Assembly: GCA_001724265.1 (NCBI GenBank)
Contig: MEDY01000184.1
Location: forward strand, 62,001 to 103,940
From: Rhizaria sp. SCN 62-66
Taxonomy: Eukaryota
Length of the DNA stretch: 41,940 bases
Direction: 5' to 3'
Below are positions 1 to 10,723 of this stretch, piece by piece (the first letter of the stretch is position 1; the number at the start of each line of letters is the position of its first letter). The notes under the pieces were generated by a model. It searched no databases. It was given only the letters and a program-made list of their open reading frames with translations, and was not told the origin of the DNA. Position numbers and translations under genes: made by a program.

Positions 1-1443
1 CGCCGCCTCGGCGCCGGCGGCCTCGCGGCCCCGCGCGGCCGACTCGGGCCGGCGCGCGCCCTTGGCGGTCCCCGGCCGCCCCCCCGCGACCGACGCAGCG
101 CCGCTGGCGCCCGCAGAAGCGGCGGAGGTGGCGGGCTCGGCCGGGAAGGGGTGCGCCTGGCGCGCGGCGGGCAGCTGGTCCAGCACGGCCCGCAGCGCCG
201 CGGAAAGCGTCGCCGCCGTCAGCGCGCCGTTGGCGGGGCCCAGCTCGAGCAGGAACGCGCTCTCCGGCTCCTCGCTCGCACCCGCACTCGCACTCGCGCT
301 GGCACCGGCACTGGCGCCAGTCTTGGCGGCCGCAGCAGCGGGGCTGGAGAGGACGGCGAGCGGGTAGCGCGCGCGGCGCTGCAGCGTGGCGAGCGCCTCG
401 GCGCTGTAGTCGCCCGCGCGCGACACGCCCGCAATCGCGCCGAACAGCTGCGGCGTGCCCGCGCTCGCCGCGGCAGAAGCGGCGGCGGCGAGGCACTGCT
501 GCGCGGAGCCGCGGAGGACGACGAGGACCTTGTTGGACTGCGGCAGCGCGGGGTGGAAGCGGACCGCGCGCGCGGGCACGCCGGCCGAGCCCAACGCAAC
601 GGCCGTCTCGCTCAGCAGCGCGCGCAGCGAGGCGGCGCGGCCGGCCAGCGCGCCCGAGTCGCCGCGCGCGCGCCATGCCGCCGCGGCCGCAAGCGCGGGC
701 GGCAGCGCCTGCGCGGGGGCGGGCGACGTGGCCGTGGCGGCCGCGATGGCGCGCGCGGTGGCGATGAAGTCGGCGTCGCCCAGCAGCAGCGCGCCGCCCA
801 GCGGGCAGCCCAGCCCGTGCGCGAAGTCCACCACGGCCGAGTCAAAGGGCGCGAGCAGTTGCGCGGGCCCCGCAAAGCCGTAGCGGCCCAGCGCCTCGTG
901 CGGACCCGTCGTGTCGAGGTGGAGGCGGATGCCGCTGTCAGAGCAGAACCCGCGGATGTCCTCGACGTCTTCCCACGGCACGCACTGCCCGCCCGCGCCC
1001 TGCAGCGGAATCTCGAGCGAAACCACGCCAGGGAGCTTCCAGTTGCTCTTGGCGGCGCCCACGACGTCCTTGTACGACGGGGGCGCGTCGAGGCGTGCGC
1101 CGGTAAAGACCTTGGAGAAGCCTAGCGTGGTGGAGAGCGCGTCGCCGTAGCCGGCCTCCATCAGCGACTGCTTGTGCAGCGCAACGACCTTGAAGCGATC
1201 GCGCGCGTTGACCGTCAGCGCGGTGATGTTGGCGGCCATGGCCGAGGTGAAGAAGAGCGCGCGCTCCTTGCCGCACGCCGTGGCGACCTCTTGCTCGAAC
1301 GATGCGATGAAGGCCGCCGCGTCATCGGTCCACGAGGGCGCGGCGGCGCCGCCGAACACGTTAACCAAAGGGGACGTGTGAAAAGAAGAGAACGAGGACG
1401 GGCAGGATGCCACGAGCGACTGCAGGACGGACTGAACGCTCAT
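1..1443 (-). CDS. Low-specificity L-threonine aldolase-like (PLP fold type I) protein, probably catalytically degenerate; 3' end lies outside the window
   Basis: Not in the ORF track because it runs off the edge. Manual translation from ATG 1443 is open to base 1. Motifs FEQEVATACGKERALFFTSAMAANITAL, VSLEIPLQGAGGQCVPWEDVEDIRGFCSDSGIRLHLD, FDSAVVDFAHGLGCPLGGALLLGDADFIATAR and PQSNKVLVVL parallel LtaE/GLY1-family motifs in order and spacing. Confidence 0.75.
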   Translation of the reverse strand, partial: MSVQSVLQSLVASCPSSFSSFHTSPLVNVFGGAAAPSWTDDAAAFIASFEQEVATACGKERALFFTSAMAANITALTVNARDRFKVVALHKQSLMEAGYGDALSTTLGFSKVFTGARLDAPPSYKDVVGAAKSNWKLPGVVSLEIPLQGAGGQCVPWEDVEDIRGFCSDSGIRLHLDTTGPHEALGRYGFAGPAQLLAPFDSAVVDFAHGLGCPLGGALLLGDADFIATARAIAAATATSPAPAQALPPALAAAAAWRARGDSGALAGRAASLRALLSETAVALGSAGVPARAVRFHPALPQSNKVLVVLRGSAQQCLAAAASAAASAGTPQLFGAIAGVSRAGDYSAEALATLQRRARYPLAVLSSPAAAAAKTGASAGASASASAGASEEPESAFLLELGPANGALTAATLSAALRAVLDQLPAARQAHPFPAEPATSAASAGASGAASVAGGRPGTAKGARRPESAARGREAAGAEAA

Positions 1444-3631
1444 GGAAGCCTCAGGCTCGTTTAAAAACACCTGACCAGATCCGTTTGGCATTGCTCTGTG
1501 CATAGTGCGCGACAGACACGTTAAGGTAGAGATACAAAATCAATTTGAAATAGAAAAACAATGAGTTAGTTAGGACATTCTGGCATAGTCGAAAAGACGG
1601 TCGTTTCACGATGTCATTTAAGACTTTCGATGTCGTCAATCGCTCAACGGCAGCCCCAAGATCTTTACCACGAACTGCTGTCATAATCAAAATCTACAGT
1701 TTTCCGACGATAACTCGACATAACCACGTTATTATTCTGAATCTACACCTTAATGCAATAGTACATGTTAATTTTGAGCGTAAATTATTGTTTTTCACTT
1801 GAAATCCTTTTGTTATACTACGAATTTCTCTTTGTAAAGACTATCCGTCATGTCGTCATCGTCTGCACCTAGAGACAACAAGCGAGAGATATCAGTGTCC
1901 TTGCACCCAGAACACGAGTAAAACAACGATATAACATTGTTGATCACACAGGTGATATGTATTGGTTTACGTTTGAGGAGGAGCGCGATAAGGCTGACGA
2001 CGACGACGTCACATTGTCACGCAGTGAAGGTTCGTAAATATTGTTGTTAGTGGTGTTGTTATTGTACAAGCGAAAGGCAGGCATACGGGTGCGCGTAGTA
2101 TTATTTACATTAAAGTTACATTACTTATGGTAATACCTAACATCGCTCCAATACGTCCACTTGTCTCGTTCTAGGCTTGTTTTTGCACTTGCTCGCCGAC
2201 TTGTTTGCGAACCAAGCGCGCGTGGTCTTCAGCCAACGTGACGCTGCGTTGAGCGGTGAAGCAGCGAGTGCAAGCGACAGAGGCACGGCAATGTGTCTCC
2301 CGTCTATCTAGCAACTCTTCATGTCCACACGCTGTTGTCGTCAAGATCAAGCTGCAAACCGCCGAAACGCCAATTTATACTAACGGAGCTTGGCTTGGTC
2401 CAAGGCGATACACAGTCGCACAAGAGCACAGCAGACCAAGACGAAAAGAAAGCATCGACATAACATACGTCGGCATACTTCGACAATAAAAACACGAACT
2501 AAAAGCAAACTAGCATAACATAACATAACACACGGCAGACACTCTAGCTAGCGTCTCTCAGCCTCACGTAACCATAGTAGGAGCACAAAACTTGAACAAA
2601 AGAAATTTCGACACTAACATCACAATAGCAACGTCAGCAACAGCAGCAACACACAGCAACTATGCTTGCTCCAGTCTGAATGACGAAATGTTGCGATGCT
2701 ACATGTGATACAGGTTTATATGCATGCAAAAACACACAACGAAAAGGGCCGTTTCAGTTCGTTAGATGCATACAGACACACTCAAAAAAAAGACGCGTCA
2801 CACGCTGCCATTCCACACACTTCGCGCTTCGTGCTTCGAATCGTAGGCACCGCGCATTGCTGTGGTAAGCAGCACTGCGCGCGAGTACGAACTGTGAGGA
2901 CAGCGGCGTGAGGGCGGTTGGTAACGATTAGAGGTGCAGAGATAGGCAGAGCACAGTGCGGCTGCTGATGTTTGAGTGACTGACTGTGGAAGCGGCGGCA
3001 GCAGACAGCAGAGCGTGAGACTAAGAGGGAGCTGTCTGTCTGAGCGAGGGAGTGAGCGTGCGGTGCGCAACAACGAAGCTTGCAACGGCAACTGCGACTG
3101 CAGCTGTCATTGCATTAGGACATGCGAAGACAAACGTGACCGCGACAGCGCAGCGGAAGAAACGTCAGAGGCCATGACGAACACAACGAATGGAGCTCCA
3201 AACTACGACTGAAGCAACACATTGATGCTTGCAGAGCCAGTACAACACGGTGGAGCTGAAACGGACAAAGCAGGACAGAAGCAAGCCAAAAAACGAATGA
3301 AAAAGACAAAAAAGATTACAAAGAGACAAAAACAGTTATTTTTAAAAAAAGAAAGCAGAAAAAGCTTGAGACCACTTTTAGAGCAGCCCAACAAAAATGT
3401 TCAAAACGCTTCGCGTTTCACGAGACTTTTTCGAGGTGACGCGGAGCTAGACAAGACAGCCCTCACAGCTTAACAGCGTAACAGCGTGACAAGGCCGTCG
3501 CAACAGCAAAACACGGCGAAAGCACAGGGCAAAGCAGAGCAGCCATTGACACTCTAGCTCTGGCTCAGGATTTAGTCGCCAGTGCTGTGCTGGTATGCAG
3601 ACAGTGCGTTCACAGCGCGTTCACCGCTAAT

Positions 3632-5798
3632 TTACCGCGCGTAGGGATCCGCGGCGCCGGGGCCCTGCTGGTACTGCGGCGGCTGCTGGTACTGCTGCTG
3701 CGCGTACTGCTGCTGCTGCTGCTGCTGCTGCTGCGGGGGATAGTAGGCCGCGGGGCCGCCGGCGGCGGCAGGGTTCTGGCCGGGGGCCGTGGCAGCGGCG
3801 CCGCCGGCGGCTTGGAGCTGCGCAGCCTTCTTGGCGTCCTTCTTGGCGCGCTCGGCTTCGGCGACCTCGAAGGCGCGTGCGAGGTTGCCGGGGGCCCACT
3901 TGCGCTCCTTGTCGGCGAGGAAGCACAGGAACATGGTGTCGAGCCCGGTCTCGAACACGGTCATGAAGAGCGACGCGATGACGAATGAGAGGATGAAGAT
4001 GACAACCATGGGCATGACCGTGGACGAGATGCGGTCCTCCCACACGTACATGATGACCATGGCCGAGATGCCCGTGGTGAGGAGCGCGACGCAGAGCTTG
4101 CCGAAGAAGACGACGAAGGTGCCCACGAGCGTCATGGCGGCAGCGCGGCCGACGTTCTGCATCAGCAGCCCGAAGGCCTGGAAGGCCGAGGAGCAGAAGT
4201 TGTCGCCCGTGATGGAGCACCACACGAGCGCGTTGCGCGAGATGTAGTCGAGACACTTCTGGCAGCACTTGAGGCAGCACTGCACGCAGCACAGCAGGCA
4301 CTTCATGCAGCGGTTCTGCGAGTTGCGCGTCTTCTTCTGGATGTACGTCACCACGGCGCGCACGAAGCGGATGATCGCGATAATCAGCGCGCCGAACGCG
4401 GCCGTGCCCGTGTGGTAGCGCAGCATGCGGCCCAGCGAGTTGAACACGGGCGTCAACGGCAGCTGGTCCTTGCCGGGGCCTTGCTGTGCACGAGGGAAGA
4501 AAACAAGAGTTTCGACACGAATAGAGATGATGCAAGATGAGCTCATATCACAATGAAGATGTGAACTATCACATCAAATCAAAAATTAAAAATAATGTCC
4601 AGCATATCATTCATAAATAACTGATGTTTTTACATACCTGGCGTTCGTCGGCGTCGGTGGGGGAGGGCAGCGAGAAATACCAGTTGGCGATGGCACCGGA
4701 CATGACCATGTAGGTGGCGTAAATGGTAAACTGGTAGACCCACAGCAAGTGCAGGAAGTGGTACGCAAAGAGCTTCTGGAACGTGTCATTCCACGAGTAC
4801 TCGTTGTACGTGGTGGAGCCGGCCATGTACGCGACGTCTTCGTAGCCCACATCCTCGGGCAGCGGGCGCACGGTAAGCTCCTTGACGGAGAAGAGGAAGA
4901 GCGCGGTGACGACCCAGTAGACCATCCAGCCGGCGACCCAGAGGAAGGGCAGGATGGGATACACCAGCAGCGTCTTGATCTGGTCCAGCGCGCACGCCGC
5001 GGCGCCGATCACGTGCAGCGACAGCGCGATGCGCTTGCGGAGGAAGAAGACGACGATGATAAAAATGGCCGTGAGTGCGACGGCAATCCAGCCCACGACG
5101 CGGGCCGCGAGCGCGCGGTTCGGGATCTGCACGTTGGCGTCTTCGGTGTATCGCGCGTACCGCAAGAGGCCGTAGCCGACGAGGAAGCCGCCGATGACGA
5201 TGAGCACGATCGTGCCCCAGACAAGGAGCATGCGGCACGCGGGAACCTTCATGCACTTGACGTAGGCGAAGGAGAAAATGAGCGCGATGAAGGCGGCGGC
5301 AACGAGCATAGGCCAGGTCATGTACAGGTCGCCGAAGACGCGCGAACTGGTTTCGCTGACGGAGCCGAGCTTGCTGGCGACCGTGTTAAAGCCGTCGGGC
5401 TTAGGCACGCAGTAGCGGAAAATCTGCCACGACTCGTACGTCTCGGGAAAGTTGCTCGCGTCGTTGAGCGTGGCGTTGCAGGCGTTGACGCAGATCTTGA
5501 TGTCGAAGATCTGGTCCGAAACGACGGCGTTGGTGACTGTGGGCAGGACGGGCCAGGCGGCGAACTTGGAGTCCTCCAGGCCGGCGGCGCGACCGCAGAC
5601 GCGGCCAATGTAGTCGACGCCGTAGACGACGCGGATGGGGTCGCCGCCGTTGTCGATGGCGTAGTTGAGCATGATGAAGGAGCCCACGAATGAGGCGATG
5701 AAGAGCAGGAGCATCAGGATGTCCGTGCAGGAGCGCTTGGAGCCATCGCGGAACTCAAGCACGTCCGGCTTGTCCTCGTCCGAGCCGCAGCAACACAT
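3632..5798 (-). CDS. Choline transporter-like protein (CTL/SLC44 family), 2 exons, ~670 aa
   Basis: Exons 5798-4638 and 4483-3632; intron 4637-4484 (GTATGT...TGCACAG, phase 0). N-terminal MCCCG; motifs RSCTDIL, YGVDYIGRVCG, GAIANWYF, RYHTGTAAFGALII, CCLKCCQKCLDYISRNA, GDNFCSSA, DTMFLCF; Q/Y/P-rich tail; TAA stop. Confidence 0.93.
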
Positions 5799-6485
5799 CT
5801 GCGGTCGAGCTGTGGGGCGGTTGGGAGACTTAAGGTAAAGTGGAATAGAGCGGGAAACGCGCGTGGCCGTTATGAGCAAGGAGTAGGCGGGAGGGCGAGG
5901 GTGAAGACGGGAAGGTGAGTTTAATACAAATGAGCATCGATTTTAGGCAAACTACGTTAACAATATAATGTAAGCACACGGATAATGTCAATATACAATA
6001 TCAAAATTTTGCTCACGTGCGATTTGAGAGCGGTCGCGAGGCTGGGAGCGAGCAGCGGCCGCATGGAGACGAAGCACGGCCAGGTAGCGAAAAAAAGAGG
6101 GGTCGAATTCGCTGATTCACCTACTGTTTCGCACAGTGCCTCAACAAAAATACTGCACAAACAAGGCTCACTCACCGAATTCCAGACTTTGAGCTTAAAC
6201 CTACGTATTGGCATCGCACACATTTACTTCTTCGGCGTGTCCACGCCTTCACCTCTCCTGGTCGCCGTCCGTCGAAGGACTGTCTGACTCCTCTGTCTGA
6301 CCACAAATCATAACCGAACATCTACCTTCTTCTACAAAGTGGCATAAAGTTCGGTATACGTTAATAAAAATAGTATATCATCATGAAAAAGACATGTTTA
6401 TGTATTATATCTAAACTTGGCACCACAGGGCCATCATCAAAGACGCCATATATCATCTTTACTAGTTTTGAGAGAGCGGCATGGT

Positions 6486-6959
6486 TCAAGTGAGGATGTC
6501 CTCGAAGGGCAGCGTGTCGGGCAGCGTGTACTGGCAGTCGGTGCCGACGGGACACATCTGCTCCGCAACGCGGCGGCGCAGCTGGTCCTTGGTCATCGCG
6601 CGCGCGCCCTTGCCGCCGAGCCCGAGCAGCGGCATGGCGTAGTGGTGCAGCACAACGAAGAGCAGGAAGATGAGCACGGCCCGCAGCACCAGCAGCCGCG
6701 CGTCGCGGTACATCGGGTGCCGCGCGCTCACCATGCTCTCCCACACTGAAATATCGGCATCGTCCGCGTCCGCGGGCGCAACCACGGTGGACCCAGACCC
6801 CAAACCAGCGCCAGCGCCAGCGCCATCGCCAGCGCGAGTGCGTGAACGAGAGTTAGAGCCAGCAGTGGGGGCAGGCGGAGCGGTCTTCTGCAGCGGCTGC
6901 TGCTTAGCGCGGGCGGTGGTCGCGTTCGCGGCCGCATTGCGCGCACGCAGGCCGTCCGC

Positions 6960-6990
<31 letters not shown>

Positions 6991-7307
6991 GCAGCAGCAG
7001 TGGCGGCGGTGGCAGCGGCGGCCTCGCGCTTGCGGCGGCGGTCGTGCCTGCTCCCGTCATCGCCATCGTTGCCATCATCACTGTCACTGCCCTTGGCGTC
7101 GAGACCACTGGCAGCGCCGGCAGCAGCAGGCGCGCTGTCGTTTTCACCGGATGTGTCGTTCCTGCTGGCGCTGACCTCAGACTTGGCAGCAGGTAGATCG
7201 GGCACCTTGGAGCCGCACGAGACGCAGAACCGCGCGGCGGGCACGAGCCCGGAGCCGCAGGAAAAGCAGAAACTCGGCGCGGGGGCCGGGAAAGCGTCGG
7301 AAGACAT
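6486..7307 (-). CDS. Hypothetical protein with N-terminal zinc ribbon (CxxC-x10-CxxC) and a C-terminal transmembrane helix, ~273 aa
   Basis: ATG 7307 (MSSDAFPAPAPSFCFSCGSGLVPAARFCVSCGSKV); GC-rich coding composition starts here; hydrophobic LLVLRAVLIFLLFVVLHHY; TGA stop. Confidence 0.7.
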
Positions 7308-7907
7308 AAAGAGCGGGGCAGAGCGCGACAGGCGCTGTGCGGTGGAGCTGGGCGGGGGAGACGGGGGCGTTGAGACCCGGTGCGCTGGGCTGTCGGTGTG
7401 CGAAGTGGCTGTGGATATGGGAGGATAAAGCAGGACTGATGAGAAGTGAATATTAAAAAATAAAAGAACTCTAAGAAGAAGTCTGTGTAGAGCCGAGAGT
7501 GAGGCTATTAACGGTTCTTTGCGTCCTAGGCACTGTGATTCGATCACCCTCTAATCGAGGCTATGGCGTTCGTCTTGGGTGGAGCTGTTTTGGAATGTTC
7601 TCCGCGCCTCACTCTTTCAGAGTACATTTCGCTCTCTAGAACCATCAGGATGTCCACTCATTGAAATTCGGAGTATTACTCTGACTTTTCTATTTGATTT
7701 TTATGTTATGTTTGAAATAATTCTCACCGACACTCGCTATTCTACTTTTACCATCACACTAGGTCTTCGTTCTCCTACTTCCCCCACTTGGCCCAACCTT
7801 CCCTACAAGTCACTCCCTTGCCCCGCAAACGAGGTTTATCCCGTTTTTCACGCGGTTAACTTGCACCTTCTTACTGATTCCACTCGCGATACAGAAGTGA
7901 CGCCGAG

Positions 7908-9728
7908 ATGTCCGCCTCCGCAGCCTCCGCTGCTCCCCTCCCCAGCTCGAGCGCCAGCTCCAGCTCTTCGAGCTCCAGTGCCAGCGCCAGCGCCAGCGCC
8001 GACCACAACATGAGCGCGGCCGAGTCCGCCGCGGTGGCGGCCGGGCTGGGCGCGGGCAGCCAGGGCGGCGACTCGCTCGTGCACGGCCCCAGCGACATCG
8101 CGCGCGCGCTGACCACCTCGAGCACCTACGTCTTCTCAGAGGGCTCCGCGCTGCCCCCCGCCAACACGAGCTCCGATGCAAGCGCCGACAACCGCGCGAA
8201 TTCCGCCTCTGCCTCCGCCGCTGGCGACTCATCGTCCGCGTCCGCTGGCACTGGCGCAGCTGCGCCTCCTAATCGGCGCGCGATGGTCCCGCTGGCGGCG
8301 GCGGGCGCGGCCTTCCCCTGCCCGTCGCCGCTGCTGCCGACGGCGGGGGCGGACCTGGCCCGGTACCCGCACGCCGAGGCGGCGCGGCTGCGCGAGCTGC
8401 GCGGCATGGTCGAGTTCCGTCTTGTTTGGAACAATGGGCTGCCCGAGCACATGATCGCGCTCATCGGCGCCAAGGACATCTTCGCCGCTCAGCTGCCCAA
8501 CATGCCCAAGGAGTACGTGGCACGGCACGTGCTGGACCGCAACCACCGCACGATCGTGCTCATCACCGAGCGCGGCGTCATCGGCGGCATCTGCTTCCGC
8601 CCCTTTTATTCGCAGCGCTTCGCCGAGATCGTCTTCTGCGCCATTACCTCGTCGGAGCAGGTCAAGGGCTACGGCTCACGTATCATGAACCACCTCAAGG
8701 AGCACGTCAAGACCGAGGGCATCGAGTTCTTCCTGACGTACGCGGACAACTTCGCGACAGAGTACTTCCGCAAGCAGGGCTTCACGAAGCACCTGTCGAT
8801 GCCTGTGGAGCGCTGGAAGGGCTGGATCAAGGACTACGATGGGTCCACGCTCATGGAGTGCCGCATCAATCGACGCGTTAACTACCTGGACGTGCCCTCG
8901 ATGGTCACGGCACAGCGCGAAGCTGTGTTCGCGCGCATCAAGCAGGTCTCCAACACGCACGCAATCTTCCCCGGCCTCACCTTCGGCCGCGACAAGCGCC
9001 CCTACCGGATCGAAGACATCCCCGGGGTTCTCGAGGCGGGCTGGCGGCCCGGCAACAACAACTGCGTCGTCGGGCTCGGCTACGGCGACAGCGGCGCGCA
9101 GGCCGGCGGCGGCAGTCAGCAGACTCCTCCCCAGCCGGGCTCTGGCTCTGGCTCCGCTGGCGCTGGCTCTGGCTCTGGCGCGGGCGCGTCTGGGACCGTG
9201 AGCTTGGGCCCGGCGGTGGCAAACCCGACGGCGGTGGACCCTGACACGGGCCTGACGCTGATCGAGCTGGTCGCGCGGCTGGGCGCGGTACTCAAGGGCA
9301 TCAAGGCCACAAAGGACGCCTGGCCCTTCGCCAAGCCGGTCGACGCGCGCGTGGTGACCGACTACTACACGCTCATCGCCGAGCCCATGGACCTGGCCGA
9401 GATGACGCGCCGCATGAACACCGGCTTCTACACGTCCAAGCAGCTGTTCGAGCGCGATATGGCGCTCGTGGTGGGCAACTGCCGTCGGTACAACGCACCC
9501 ATGACGACCTACTACCGCTGCGCCGACGCTGTCGAGGTCGCCTTCAAGCGGCTCATGGCGCAGCAGTTCACCGCCACCGCCTCCTCCGCGACTGACGCGG
9601 CGGCCGCGAACGGCGACGCCGACGGCGACAACAACAGCTTTAGCTCTAGCTCTTGCTCTAGCGCGAGTGCAAGTGCGGGTGCGGGCGGCGTCAGGGCGGG
9701 GACGGTGAGCCTCGTGATGGACGACTGA
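7908..9728 (+). CDS. GCN5: Histone acetyltransferase GCN5 (GNAT HAT domain + bromodomain), single exon
   Basis: QLPNMPKEYVAR, IGGICFRPF, FAEIVFCAITSSEQVKGYG (catalytic Glu present), FLTYADNFATEYFRKQGF, GWIKDYDGSTLMEC; bromodomain AWPFAKPVD...DYY..I..PMDL...NCRRYN. Confidence 0.96.
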   Translation: MSASAASAAPLPSSSASSSSSSSSASASASADHNMSAAESAAVAAGLGAGSQGGDSLVHGPSDIARALTTSSTYVFSEGSALPPANTSSDASADNRANSASASAAGDSSSASAGTGAAAPPNRRAMVPLAAAGAAFPCPSPLLPTAGADLARYPHAEAARLRELRGMVEFRLVWNNGLPEHMIALIGAKDIFAAQLPNMPKEYVARHVLDRNHRTIVLITERGVIGGICFRPFYSQRFAEIVFCAITSSEQVKGYGSRIMNHLKEHVKTEGIEFFLTYADNFATEYFRKQGFTKHLSMPVERWKGWIKDYDGSTLMECRINRRVNYLDVPSMVTAQREAVFARIKQVSNTHAIFPGLTFGRDKRPYRIEDIPGVLEAGWRPGNNNCVVGLGYGDSGAQAGGGSQQTPPQPGSGSGSAGAGSGSGAGASGTVSLGPAVANPTAVDPDTGLTLIELVARLGAVLKGIKATKDAWPFAKPVDARVVTDYYTLIAEPMDLAEMTRRMNTGFYTSKQLFERDMALVVGNCRRYNAPMTTYYRCADAVEVAFKRLMAQQFTATASSATDAAAANGDADGDNNSFSSSSCSSASASAGAGGVRAGTVSLVMDD

Positions 9729-10723
9729 GCGGCTGGGCTGGGCTACTGTGTTGTTTGGCAAACAGACGCGAACATAGACAGACAGTCAGAGAAGGGGTCA
9801 GTCCAACTGCATCTGTCTGTCTGACTCTGACCTGACAAGCATGCGCGATAATCTATCCTGAAGATGCTCGTCAGTCAGAGGACGTATGACTCGAAGGAGT
9901 CTCATTGATTGATGGTAGAATCTTTGTTTTGTATAAAATATGGCCATACATAAATGTATATTCGTCACACGCTTCTGGATTCGTGCATGCTCAAGTGTAC
10001 ATGCTCAACAAATTAGTTTCTGTGTGTCGAAGACGCAGCAGTGTGATTGAGTCGCCAGGTTCGCAAAAAATCGAAGCAGATGCGATTGTCGTCGTTGTTT
10101 TGAAGAGGAATCTCAGGATCAATTCACGGGATACTGCGCTGTTACGACCGAGGGGAGAGGTTTAATAGCAGTGACAGAATATGGATATGTATGATCTATC
10201 GTGTGTCATAATTCTGTTTTCTATGCCGATTGTCTAGGAGTCGCTTGAGCTGCCTATGCCATCGCTTTGCCTCGGATGACTCAGAGGAGGGTCTTGTCTC
10301 TCTGTCATTCCCAAGCTCTTCCCATACTCAATGTATCCCGACCTATTGACGCAGTCCATCTAGTAAACGAACTGATATATACTATATTCAACCCTGGTAC
10401 TCGCACTCATTGATCTACCTCTTCATATCTCTTTCTGAATCCCGGCTCCCTTCCTTCCCCCCCACGCCGCCTCGCCCAACCTCACACTTCACAGTCGCGC
10501 ACAGCCAAGCCTCACGCAGCACAGATACGCGTCCAATCCCGGCTTTGTTTCTTGCTTTGCTCTCCCCGAGCCCAACCGCAGCAGCAGGCCCTCTTGCCAG
10601 CAGCTCGCCAGCGCCAGCGTCTGACTGAGTCTTTCTGCTCAATCCCGCTTGCTAACAGCAACTGTCACATAACAACAGCCTCAGCCCCGTAAGCACCCCC
10701 GGCTTCGCTTCCCGCTCTCCACC

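Noticed and set aside
62-1464. Plus-strand ORFs (151-1125 and others) over the first gene, and similar antisense ORFs across the window
   Set aside because: They are shadow frames of GC-rich genes on the opposite strand or in another frame, with Arg/Ala-rich translations and no motifs.
1444-3631. Short ORFs, including the Lys-rich 3222-3473, in the 2.2-kb gap
   Set aside because: No coding-like codon bias or motifs. The region looks like CTL 3' UTR plus promoter. An ncRNA cannot be excluded, but none was recognisable.
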